Shown in pieces: positions 19,892 to 28,756 of a DNA stretch of 64,000 nt; position 1 is the stretch's first letter; the number at the start of each line of letters is the position of its first letter. The notes under the pieces are model-generated. The model did not search any database and was not told where the DNA came from. It worked only from the letters and a program-made list of their open reading frames with translations. The position numbers and the translations under genes were made by a program. The stretch lies in the NCBI GenBank assembly GCA_029258795.1, contig JAPDKB010000007.1, positions 246,186 through 310,185 on the forward strand. Direction: 5' to 3'. Source of the DNA: an archaeon. Its GTDB lineage: Archaea > EX4484-52 > WAPT01.

Positions 19892-20791
19892 CTACTTGCT
19901 TCCCGCAATCGAGCAGAAAAGGCAGACCTCTCTGCCTTTGAGCGTTGGCATCCCGCACCTTTTACAGTTCACCAGCTCAACATCGTGCTTTTTCTTTTCC
20001 AGCAGCGGCTTCATCCTCCTCAAAAACCCGAAATAGAACTGCTGCTTTATGGAGGGATTTTTCTTTTCCATCTCGTTGAAAAATTCCTTGAATTTATTCT
20101 GGATTGCGTTTTTGGAATAAGGACACTTTGCATGTGTGTACTCTATGTTATTAAGCTCAGCATAAATTCCACATTCCTCATCCGTCAGCCTGCAGAGCGG
20201 CTTCGCTTTCCTTTTAAGCCGGTTTTCTGCAGGAAGCACAACGTCCTGCCTCACCATCTGCTCCACATCCCAGCTGAGCACGGATGCCATGAGAAAGGCG
20301 CAGCAATCATCGAGTGTGTGGCCTGTAACAACACAATCAAAATCCTGCTCAATCGCGATTCTGTTAAGGAGGTATCTTTTTATCGTGCCGCAGAGAGAAC
20401 AAGGAATTCTGTTTTTGTGCTTCCTGACAATTTCGGGTAGAGATGCTCCATGAGCTTTTTTCAGATCATGAACTATGAGATTTCCCCCAACCATATCTTT
20501 CATCTTCAACACAACACTGAGCGAGTCGTTTGAATAGCGCTCTATACCCAAGTTTATGTGCAGAGCTGTGACATTATAACCGAGCTTTGCAAGCACGTGC
20601 CACAGAACCATGCTGTCCTTGCCGCCCGATACAGCTATCAAGATTCTTTCATTCTTGGAGAACATTTCAAATTCCTCTATCGCCCTTTCCACCTGCCTCT
20701 CAAAGTAAACGTTAAAACATTCCTTGCAAAACTTGGCTCTATGCCTCCTCACAACAATTTCCGCCTTTTTCCCGCATCTCACGCACTTCAT
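19892..20791 (-). CDS. ttuA: TtuA/Ncs6-family tRNA 2-thiolation protein
   Basis: Terminal Zn fingers, SGGKDS PP-loop, CSLCG, TGHTLDD, CPYS. Confidence 0.88.
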   Translation of the reverse strand: MKCVRCGKKAEIVVRRHRAKFCKECFNVYFERQVERAIEEFEMFSKNERILIAVSGGKDSMVLWHVLAKLGYNVTALHINLGIERYSNDSLSVVLKMKDMVGGNLIVHDLKKAHGASLPEIVRKHKNRIPCSLCGTIKRYLLNRIAIEQDFDCVVTGHTLDDCCAFLMASVLSWDVEQMVRQDVVLPAENRLKRKAKPLCRLTDEECGIYAELNNIEYTHAKCPYSKNAIQNKFKEFFNEMEKKNPSIKQQFYFGFLRRMKPLLEKKKHDVELVNCKRCGMPTLKGREVCLFCSIAGSK

Positions 20792-21570
20792 GCTGTCCGC
20801 CTCGCAACCAGAATGAAGCCGGTGTGAGCAACCATCCTTTCCTTCGGGCGTGCTCTTCTTTCATCAACTATCCACTCTCTCATGAGCACCTCAAAGCACT
20901 TTATGTTGGTGTATGTTTCAAGCTCGTGCATCTTTTCCACCGTTTTCTGCACCTGCGGAACATTGGTGAGGTAGCATATCAGCATGCCACCCTTTGCAAG
21001 CATCTCCGTCACGTTTTCCAGAGCGTTCCACGGATCGAGCATGTCAAGCACAACCCTGTCAAATGTTTGGAAAAAGCTCATCTGCTTGATGTCCCCCACC
21101 ACAAGTTTCAGCTGTTCGGGCAGAGCACCAAAAAATCTTTCGATGTTGTTCATCGCGACTTTCATAAAGCCCTTTCTTCTTTCAACAGAAACAACCATCC
21201 CGTCATTACCCACAGCTTCCGCAAGAAAACATGTAAGCGCTCCGGAGCCCGTTCCTGCTTCAAGCACCTTCATGCCTTTCCTTACATCACCGAAGGTCAG
21301 AATCGCTCCCGCATCTTTCGGATAGATTATCTGTGCTCCTCTCTTCAGCTTGAGCGCGTACTCATGCAGAGCCGGCCTGAAAACGTGTAGCTTGTGCGAT
21401 TTGGTGGTGAAAATACAGCTTCCGTAACTCTTACCTATGACATCATCCATTTTAACCTTGCCCAGATGAGTGGCGAGCTCTTTCCCCTTTTTTACTTTCA
21501 TCATCCAGCACTTTCCCGTCTCACTTACGAACATGACCAGCTCATTTTCCTTAACACTATATTTGGTCAT
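20788..21570 (-). CDS. trmI: tRNA (adenine-N1)-methyltransferase
   Basis: R..QIIYPKD, EAGTGSGALT, LDMLDPW, RP..RMVAHTGF. Confidence 0.93.
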   Translation of the reverse strand: MTKYSVKENELVMFVSETGKCWMMKVKKGKELATHLGKVKMDDVIGKSYGSCIFTTKSHKLHVFRPALHEYALKLKRGAQIIYPKDAGAILTFGDVRKGMKVLEAGTGSGALTCFLAEAVGNDGMVVSVERRKGFMKVAMNNIERFFGALPEQLKLVVGDIKQMSFFQTFDRVVLDMLDPWNALENVTEMLAKGGMLICYLTNVPQVQKTVEKMHELETYTNIKCFEVLMREWIVDERRARPKERMVAHTGFILVARRTA

Positions 21571-21614
21571 GAAAAACTAGCTTGAAGGGAAAAATTAAAT
21601 GGGTTTGCATCATA

Positions 21615-22655
21615 TCACACAGCTTTTAGACCGATAAGAATTAGCGCGGAAATAACTATCATGAAAATGTGTTGAAGCTCTATCCCGGGCATCCCTCCTG
21701 CTTCCTCACCTCCGAGCTCCACAACATTCAAAGTGATCCATTCATCCCCCTTCCCTCCATAATCATCTTCCCATTCGACTTTAATTGTGTATATCCCATT
21801 TATTGGAGGCACAACACTCGCCACAACATATTTTGTGTCTCCAGGGCCTAAGAACACCTCCGTTTCTGTCATTCCCTCCCGGGCGTACTTTTTGGATGTG
21901 AAATAAACGTTACCATACAGCGCTACCTCCTGTGGTACGAGTTTGAGTTTCACCCTTCCCTCCAGAGAACCGCGATTTCGCGCAGTTATCAAGAATCTCA
22001 TCTCCCTGCCTTCGTAAGCCGTAATGCTGGATGGAACAGTAATTTCAGGTATGAAAGCTCTAAGATTCGTGACTGAAACAAGCTTTATTGTAAGATTCAT
22101 ACATATCTTCTGTCCGTAGGGTGAGGAACAATTTCCGACATGTGCGTTGGTATATCCACTCAAAGCAATTATACAATTTGAGTTAGAGGAGCAAGTAGTG
22201 ATGTCGAAATGATCTATTTTTATGCTGGGGTGTTGGGGCACAGGTTTCACGCAGATAAAATAAGGGTAGTTGCTCTTGCTGCATAGCTCCGCATGCGCAT
22301 TTGTTGCGGAGCTGAGGTGCAGAAGGCATTCATATCCACTTGTACAGCTTCCACTTTCGTTTTTCACATCAAACTTTATTTTGTAACCCCAAGCACTGGC
22401 ATTACAGCAGAGGAGATAACCATAATTATTGAGAGTGGGAACTTCCGCGTGAGCGTTGGTAAAATCGGACATTCTCAAGAATAGGGAATATCCTGAGGGA
22501 CAAGATGATTGCTGAACCACAACACAGTTCACAGGAATATTCAGGGTTGGTGTGGGAAGGGAAGGTCCTTGAGAAAACGCCGGAGTGGTCAGCTGAAGAA
22601 AAAATGCTACTGCAATCGATAATATTAAAAGTTGTTGTGTTTTGAGAATTTGCAT
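21615..22655 (-). CDS. Surface protein with three Cys-rich TNAH repeats, an Ig-like domain and a C-terminal anchor
   Basis: Signal peptide; TNAHAE, TNAHAE, TNAHVG repeats; MPG..TM tail. Confidence 0.75.
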   Translation of the reverse strand: MQILKTQQLLILSIAVAFFLQLTTPAFSQGPSLPTPTLNIPVNCVVVQQSSCPSGYSLFLRMSDFTNAHAEVPTLNNYGYLLCCNASAWGYKIKFDVKNESGSCTSGYECLLHLSSATNAHAELCSKSNYPYFICVKPVPQHPSIKIDHFDITTCSSNSNCIIALSGYTNAHVGNCSSPYGQKICMNLTIKLVSVTNLRAFIPEITVPSSITAYEGREMRFLITARNRGSLEGRVKLKLVPQEVALYGNVYFTSKKYAREGMTETEVFLGPGDTKYVVASVVPPINGIYTIKVEWEDDYGGKGDEWITLNVVELGGEEAGGMPGIELQHIFMIVISALILIGLKAV

Positions 22656-22749
22656 GGTTTTATTCTATTTTTCAATTCATATAAAGGTTTGGTTTTTGTG
22701 TGCAAGTGAGGAAGGCATTTAAAAAGTTTGGCAGAATAGAAAAAGCTGT

Positions 22750-24084
22750 ATGGCGGAAGTAAGCGTTCTGGAGCTCGCGAGGAAAATCATGGCAAAGGGC
22801 TATATCTGCAATCATTGCTTGGGTAGGCAGTTCGCCGAGCTTCTTAGTGGGACAAACAATGAGGAGAGAGGCAGGGCAATAAGGATGGCTATTGCGATGG
22901 AGATTGATGCGGGAAATGTGGAAGTATGTCAGAAAAAAGATTCGGGTGGCAAAAAGGTTTTGGTGGAGAATTTTGTGGAGATGAACTTTCATCTCAACAA
23001 AAAAGTAAACAAAATGCTGGAAAAGGTCAGCAAGGATGATGTGGAATGCTTTCTGTGCAGAAATCTGATGGATAAGCTGGATGAGATGGCGCAGAACGTT
23101 GTGAGAGAGCTTGAGAACTACGAATACGAAACGTTTCTGGTGGGTGTGAAGCTTCCCGAACATCTGGAAAATGCGGAGAACAACTTGTGGGAGGAAGTCG
23201 GGAATGCTTATGCTGAAAGTATAAGAGGTGAGATAACGAGAGAGGTTGGCAAAAGAGTTCAGCAGATTACGGGCAAGATGGTTGAGATGAAAAGTCCTGA
23301 CATAACTATAATTTTAAACCTCCAGAGAAATGTGATTGAGCTTGTTGTAACACCACTCTACATCTACGGCAGATATAACAAATACAAGGAGATGCCTCAG
23401 GCCAGATGGGTGTGCAGACACTGCAATGGGATTGGATGCGAAAAATGTGAGTGGAAAGGAAAGCTCTACGAAGATAGCGTGCAGGATAGGATTGGGGAAG
23501 TGCTTGTTAATATGGCTCGCGGTGTAGATACGAAAATACACGGAGCGGGAAGGGAAGATATAGATGCGTTATGTACTGGATGGAGGGAGTTCGTGATAGA
23601 GGTGCTGGAGCCGAAAAAAAGAAGCATCGACCTGAAAAAAGCTGAGAAAGAGATAAACAAGCGTAATAAAGGTGTGGTGGAGGTTAAGGACCTTAAATTT
23701 GTTGATAAGAACTTCGTGAGATTGCTGAAGGAAAAAAGAACCTGGAAGGTTTATGAAGCCGTTGTGAAGTTTGAAAGCGAGGTGGATGAGGAAGAGCTAA
23801 GGAAGTTGAAGGGGTATGAAGCAGTCATATCTCAAAGAACTCCAAATCGTGTGCTGCACAGGAGGAGTGATAAAGTGAGGAAGAGGAAGGTCAGGATAAT
23901 GGATGTGAAGAAGATAGATGATGTAAGAGCTAGGATAACCATTGAGGCGGAAGCTGGCACTTACATAAAGGAGTTTGTGAGCGGTGATGAGGGCAGGACA
24001 AAGCCGTCTGTTGCTGAGTTGGTTGGCAAGAAGTGTGAGGTTGAGAAGCTGATCGTGGTGGGTTTCATAGATAAGGAAAGCTGA
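22750..24084 (+). CDS. pus10: tRNA pseudouridine(54/55) synthase Pus10
   Basis: C.HCLGRQF, GRY.K, PQ.RW, HGAGREDID, Q.TP.RV.HRR, GTYIKEF.SGD.GRT.PS. Confidence 0.95.
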   Translation: MAEVSVLELARKIMAKGYICNHCLGRQFAELLSGTNNEERGRAIRMAIAMEIDAGNVEVCQKKDSGGKKVLVENFVEMNFHLNKKVNKMLEKVSKDDVECFLCRNLMDKLDEMAQNVVRELENYEYETFLVGVKLPEHLENAENNLWEEVGNAYAESIRGEITREVGKRVQQITGKMVEMKSPDITIILNLQRNVIELVVTPLYIYGRYNKYKEMPQARWVCRHCNGIGCEKCEWKGKLYEDSVQDRIGEVLVNMARGVDTKIHGAGREDIDALCTGWREFVIEVLEPKKRSIDLKKAEKEINKRNKGVVEVKDLKFVDKNFVRLLKEKRTWKVYEAVVKFESEVDEEELRKLKGYEAVISQRTPNRVLHRRSDKVRKRKVRIMDVKKIDDVRARITIEAEAGTYIKEFVSGDEGRTKPSVAELVGKKCEVEKLIVVGFIDKES

Positions 24085-24162
24085 AAGTACAGCAGCTTCC
24101 TGCACCTTTAAAAATTTATTGCCCATATATTTTGTGGTATCTTCTGTATTGGGGTGAAGTGA

Positions 24163-24468
24163 ATGGGCAGAAAGGCAAAGGGCCCTAGAGCTGGTACAAG
24201 AAGGTTGCTTGCAAGGAAGGAAAAAAGGAAGTTGACAGTTAATGATGTGATGAAGCAGTTTGACATCGGAGATTATGTTGCCATCAAGATAAACCCGTCT
24301 GTGCAGAAAGGTATGCCTCACCCGCGCTTTTACGGAAGGACTGGCAGGATTGTGGAGAAGCGCGGTATGGCTTATGTTGTGGAAGTGAGAGATGGAGGTA
24401 AAATGAAGAAAATTATCGTAAGGCCAGAGCATCTTAAAGCTGTGCAGGTACAGGTTAAGAATGAGTAA
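24163..24468 (+). CDS. rpl21e: 50S ribosomal protein L21e
   Basis: G.R..TR, KGMPHPRFYGRTG, VRPEHL. Confidence 0.97.
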   Translation: MGRKAKGPRAGTRRLLARKEKRKLTVNDVMKQFDIGDYVAIKINPSVQKGMPHPRFYGRTGRIVEKRGMAYVVEVRDGGKMKKIIVRPEHLKAVQVQVKNE

Positions 24469-24480
24469 AATGGAAGGTGT

Positions 24481-24933
24481 GTGATTGCTATGAAGGTTGT
24501 TGAGGAAACTCCCGTAACCTTTGCTGAAGCGAAGGAAATAATGGAAAATCTGGAGAAGGAAAGGGAAGAGCTTGGTTATGAGCAAAAGATCACTCTTGAT
24601 TTCTTCAAAAGCTGTGTAAATGTCAGTGTCGAAGATGTTAGGAAGGCGAGAGAAGAGTTAAAGAAAGAAATTCCCGAGCTTAAAGACCATCAGATAGTTA
24701 TGATACTTAACATACTGCCCGAGAATGAGGAGGATGTGAAAATAATCTTTGCCAAGGAAAGGATGGAGCTGGACGATGCAAAAATCAAGAAGATTCTTGA
24801 AATAGTGGACAAGATAAGGCCTGAGGAAAGGATAACCTACAAGCCGTTTGGAGCTTCTCGAAAGGAGGAGAAAAGTGAAGAGGAATCAGAGAGCGAGAAT
24901 GGCGAGGAGCAAAAAGAGGAAGAAAGCGGCTGA
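24481..24933 (+). CDS. rpoF: RNA polymerase subunit Rpo4 (F)
   Basis: V...PVTFAEAKE.....ELGYEQ...ILP....V..IF; conserved rpl21e-rpoF-DUF655-ksgA synteny. Confidence 0.9.
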   Translation: MIAMKVVEETPVTFAEAKEIMENLEKEREELGYEQKITLDFFKSCVNVSVEDVRKAREELKKEIPELKDHQIVMILNILPENEEDVKIIFAKERMELDDAKIKKILEIVDKIRPEERITYKPFGASRKEEKSEEESESENGEEQKEEESG

Positions 24934-24999
24934 TTCTGAAAGGTTGTATGAATTTATAAAAGTTTAGTGACGAAAATAAAGTGTAGCGGGGTGTTGGTC

Positions 25000-25572
25000 A
25001 TGATGTTTCCTCGAAAACCCAAAGAAGAATGGGCATATGTGCTGGATTTCTTGCCCGTGGGACATCCCGCTAACAGAGAGAAAAGGCCCATAGCTCAGGT
25101 CATAGGAGTGGACTATTTCACCCTTCTCAAGGTAGCGCCCAAGCCGGGCGTGAAGCTGGACGTTATGGAAAAGGTTTACATCGGGGAAGGAAAGAGAGAT
25201 AAAATAGCAAGCATTATAGGCAGGATCAATGTTTCCGAGCTTACTGCCTCTGCTTACGCTGAGCTCGAATACGCAATCCAGAAGATTGTGGAAGAAAATG
25301 AGAGGAAGTTTGTGGAGTTTTTCAACACAGCTGGACCTTTAACAACCAAGCTGCATCAGCTTGAACTCTTGCCAGGAATAGGCAAGAAGCACATGTGGGA
25401 GATAATAGAGGAGAGGAAGAAGAAGCCGTTTGAGAGCTTTGAAGATATAAAGAAGAGAGTAACCACTCTGCCAGATCCAAAAAAAGCGATAGTCAAAAGG
25501 GTGATGGAAGAGCTGGAAGGTACGGATGAAAAGTGGTTCCTGTTCGTGCCACGAAAGCCAAGGGAGTTCTGA
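25000..25572 (+). CDS. DUF655 family RNA-binding protein
   Basis: EEWAYVLDFLP.G, FFN.A.P.T..LH.LELLPGIGKK. Confidence 0.92.
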   Translation: MMFPRKPKEEWAYVLDFLPVGHPANREKRPIAQVIGVDYFTLLKVAPKPGVKLDVMEKVYIGEGKRDKIASIIGRINVSELTASAYAELEYAIQKIVEENERKFVEFFNTAGPLTTKLHQLELLPGIGKKHMWEIIEERKKKPFESFEDIKKRVTTLPDPKKAIVKRVMEELEGTDEKWFLFVPRKPREF

Positions 25573-25628
25573 AGGTTTAACTTGCGGAATAATTATTGCA
25601 ATATCTTCGTTGCTGTGATGATGCCGCT

Positions 25629-26471
25629 ATGCGTGCAGCCGAAATTATGAGAAGATACGGTATAAAGCCCGATAAAGCTCTAGGACAGCACTTTCTGGTG
25701 GATAAAAACATAATAAAGAAGGAAGTTGAGCTCGCAGAAGTGAGTAAGGATGACGTTGTGCTTGAAATAGGCGCGGGTTTTGGGATGTTGACTGAAGCGC
25801 TGGTTGGTGTGGCTAAGAAAGTTGTGGCTGTGGAAAAGGATGTTGCTCTTGCCAACATTCTCAGGCAGGAGTTTGAGGATGAAGTAAAGGCAGGCAAGCT
25901 TGAAGTTGTGGAGGGTGACGCTCTTTTGGTTGATTTTCCTCCTTTTGATAAGTGCGTATCCAACATCCCATACAACATTGCTTCTGAAATCGTGGAAAAG
26001 CTATGCCACTATGCAAAGGACACCACGCTCTGCGTGCAGAAAGATTTTGGTGAGAGGCTGGTTGCGAAGCCGGGAGATAAGAACTATTCCAGAATAAGTG
26101 TGCTTGTCAGGTTTCATTTTGAGCCATACTATATCTACACGGTCTCACGCTTCTGTTTCATCCCTACCCCAAAAGTTGATTCATGCATAGTGAGGTTGAT
26201 ACCGAAAAAGGAACGGGTTGTTGGGGATGAGGAAAAGGAGGGGTTCTTCAACATGATCAGAGCTCTATTTGTTCACAGGAAGAAGAGCGTTAAAAACGCT
26301 TTTATTGCATCACGTGGCATGGCCAGTCTGAAAAAGGATGAAGCGAAAAAGGTTTTTGAAGCTGTGCCCTATGGGGATAAAAAGGTGTTCCGGCTTAGTG
26401 TTGAGGAGCTGGCCGAGCTCTTTGAGTGGTGCAAAGGTCAAAAGTTAAATTTCAGCAAGACCAATGGATAG
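25629..26471 (+). CDS. rsmA: 16S rRNA dimethyladenosine transferase
   Basis: LGQHFL, LEIGAG.G.LT, SNIPYNI, F.P.PKVDS. Confidence 0.95.
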   Translation: MRAAEIMRRYGIKPDKALGQHFLVDKNIIKKEVELAEVSKDDVVLEIGAGFGMLTEALVGVAKKVVAVEKDVALANILRQEFEDEVKAGKLEVVEGDALLVDFPPFDKCVSNIPYNIASEIVEKLCHYAKDTTLCVQKDFGERLVAKPGDKNYSRISVLVRFHFEPYYIYTVSRFCFIPTPKVDSCIVRLIPKKERVVGDEEKEGFFNMIRALFVHRKKSVKNAFIASRGMASLKKDEAKKVFEAVPYGDKKVFRLSVEELAELFEWCKGQKLNFSKTNG

Positions 26472-26473
26472 TT

Positions 26474-27127
26474 ATGAAGCTTGTTGACCATTTGAAAGAG
26501 AAGTTTAGTGTGGTGGATGATGAGCTCGTTCTTGCCTACATAAAATCGGGATATGTGAAAGTTGGTGGAGATGTTGTTACCAATCCCCACTTCGAGCTGA
26601 AGGACAGAAAAGTGGAGTTGGAAAAGCCGGAGTTGCTTGAAAAGGGGAAGGATTACTGGTGCATGAACGAGGTGATTGATCTCTGCAACATTAGAGAGCT
26701 TGACAGGGTGCTTGGTTTTGAGATGAAGCAAGAACATGTGGATGCGATGCTTGAAAAAAGGGCTGAAGTTGTGGTGCTCAATTTTCAGGATTACGGACTT
26801 GAGAATTATGTTCAGTGTCATGTCGGTAATCTGTTTTATGATGATTTCACATCTCTGCTGAAGGGAAAGTTCGATGTGATGGTCAGTTTTGTTAAGTCAA
26901 ATCCCGTGCGCGTTTTTGGGATAGTGGAGCGTTATCTACCATTGATGATGGAGAACTTCAGGGTTGTGGTTGTCTCAAGCGGGGCAGCGTTTGATTCACT
27001 AAGCGAGATGAAAGAAGCTTATAGCAATGCGGCAAGCTTGCTTTTGCTCGAGCTTAAGAAAGCGAGAACGTTTCCGTTTGATGAGCTCGTTGCCATGGTT
27101 TTTGAAAAGAAGAAGGTGGTGCTGTAA
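26474..27127 (+). CDS. S4-domain + degenerate TlyA/FtsJ-like methyltransferase-fold protein
   Basis: IKSGYVKVGG.VV.NP S4 motif followed by a Rossmann-like pattern lacking the glycine-rich SAM motif. Confidence 0.55.
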   Translation: MKLVDHLKEKFSVVDDELVLAYIKSGYVKVGGDVVTNPHFELKDRKVELEKPELLEKGKDYWCMNEVIDLCNIRELDRVLGFEMKQEHVDAMLEKRAEVVVLNFQDYGLENYVQCHVGNLFYDDFTSLLKGKFDVMVSFVKSNPVRVFGIVERYLPLMMENFRVVVVSSGAAFDSLSEMKEAYSNAASLLLLELKKARTFPFDELVAMVFEKKKVVL

Positions 27128-27475
27128 ATGTACCTTGAATTGCTCGTAATTCTTCTTTCAGTCGCGTGCTTTTTTCTGACTGTGCTTCTTGTTGAGACGA
27201 GAAGGAAGGTTAAGCAGTACGAATCCGAGCTGTTGAGCAAGCGTGTTCTCCACGGCAAAATCGTGGAGCAGCTCGCGCCATTCTTAGAGAGGTTCAGGGG
27301 TGCTTTAAGGGACTTCCGTTTCATAGGGTCTCCGATAGATGGCATAATATTTGGAGAAGATGAGATTGTATTTGTGGAAGTGAAAACGGGAAATGCAAAG
27401 CTAACCGAGAAACAGAAAAGGATAAAAAGAATGGTGGAGGAAAAGAGAGTAAGGTGGGAGGAGGTAAGGTTATGA
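27128..27475 (+). CDS. Membrane-anchored Holliday-junction-resolvase-like endonuclease
   Basis: N-terminal TM; G...EQLAPF, RFIGSPIDGI.F, FVEVKTG..L...Q. Confidence 0.85.
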   Translation: MYLELLVILLSVACFFLTVLLVETRRKVKQYESELLSKRVLHGKIVEQLAPFLERFRGALRDFRFIGSPIDGIIFGEDEIVFVEVKTGNAKLTEKQKRIKRMVEEKRVRWEEVRL

Positions 27476-28047
27476 TGCGCTTCTACTTCGATAAAAGAGA
27501 GGTGGAGGAGCTGCTCATCTCGGCTGCTGTTGCTGCTTTCGTCTTCAGCTTTCGTGAGCTGCTTCATGCTGATTATTACGGAGCGTTGAGTGTGAGCTTA
27601 GCTGTGTTTCTGGGTTTTGTGCTGCATGAGAGTGCTCACAAAATCACGGCCATAAAATACGGAAATTATGCCAGATTCGTTATGTGGAAGGAGGGGCTTG
27701 CCATAGCACTTTTACTCGCTTTCGTCACGCTCGGGAAGTTTGTTTTCCTTGCGCCGGGAGCGGTGATGATAGGTACGCTGCGCGGAACCCTGAGTTCGAG
27801 GGAGAATGCCGTTATCTCGGCTGCCGGACCCATGACCAACATCCTGATAGCAGCTGCATGCTACCTCCTCGCTTTGTTCATCCCCATCCAGATGTTGAGG
27901 TTGATAGTGGTAATCAACGGCTACATAGCATTCTTCAACCTTCTTCCCATTCCTCCACTTGACGGCTCCAAGATAATATGGTACAGCATAGTGGTGTGGA
28001 TTGCGCTTATGGCTGTAGCGTGTTTCTTTGCATTTTTCGCATTCTAA
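27472..28047 (+). CDS. Site-2 protease (M50)
   Basis: HESAH, AGP.TN, FNLLP.PPLDG. Confidence 0.92.
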   Translation: MMRFYFDKREVEELLISAAVAAFVFSFRELLHADYYGALSVSLAVFLGFVLHESAHKITAIKYGNYARFVMWKEGLAIALLLAFVTLGKFVFLAPGAVMIGTLRGTLSSRENAVISAAGPMTNILIAAACYLLALFIPIQMLRLIVVINGYIAFFNLLPIPPLDGSKIIWYSIVVWIALMAVACFFAFFAF

Positions 28048-28129
28048 AATTTTGATGATGGCGGCAACTTTTTGGATTGCTCGTGAAAAAGAAAAAGTTT
28101 TATAATGTGGCTCAGTTCAATAATTCATC

Positions 28130-28423
28130 ATGCTTTTTGAAATTCTTGAGCTTTTCAAAGAAATGCTGTTCACCATGGGCAGCAGTGCTGTCGGCACTGG
28201 TGGTAAAATAGTGTCATTGTTCCTTAAAATCATAGATGTGATAAGGACGGGATTACCGACAGCATCCCCGGTGGAAATATTTCTGACTGTGATCTTCTTT
28301 GGTTTAATAGTGATGATCGTGCTGAACACCGTGATGGGGTCGATAAGAACCCTATTTATGATTGGAGTCATAGTTATAGGAATGCTCTTATTTCTTTCCA
28401 TTCTTACTGGGGGGCTTTTTTGA
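28130..28423 (+). CDS. Small membrane protein
   Basis: Two C-terminal hydrophobic helices; upstream TTTATAA. Confidence 0.6.
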   Translation: MLFEILELFKEMLFTMGSSAVGTGGKIVSLFLKIIDVIRTGLPTASPVEIFLTVIFFGLIVMIVLNTVMGSIRTLFMIGVIVIGMLLFLSILTGGLF

Positions 28424-28696
28424 AGAGAAGATATCTCTCAACAACGAGCATTCAACTTTTATCGAGTATCCTCCTGCTGACTTTTTTTTCATCAGCTTCC
28501 TAACTTTCAAAAGGAGTTTTATCAGCTTAACATTTCTCAGAAGTTTGATCACATTAGCCCTTTTGATTCGAATTGTTCTGCTCTGCGGATTGATTTCAAG
28601 AGAGCATAATCTCGCTCCCTCCTCATCAATGATGTTGACCTCCATCCCGACTTTAGAAGCTTCCAGAAGTTCGAGCAATTCCCTAACATTTTCCAT
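28388..28696 (-). CDS. Hypothetical protein
   Basis: ATG start with a nearby TATA-like box; plausible composition. Confidence 0.55.
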   Translation of the reverse strand: MENVRELLELLEASKVGMEVNIIDEEGARLCSLEINPQSRTIRIKRANVIKLLRNVKLIKLLLKVRKLMKKKSAGGYSIKVECSLLRDIFSSKKPPSKNGKK

Positions 28697-28756
28697 TTGG
28701 GGAAATTAGGAGGTTATATTTAAAATTTAATTAGTCGTGTTCCCAAATTAAACCAC

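Noticed and set aside
25612-25675. Possible C/D box sRNA (GTGATGA...CCGA...CCGA)
   Set aside because: Non-canonical D boxes, over-long guides and overlap with the rsmA coding start
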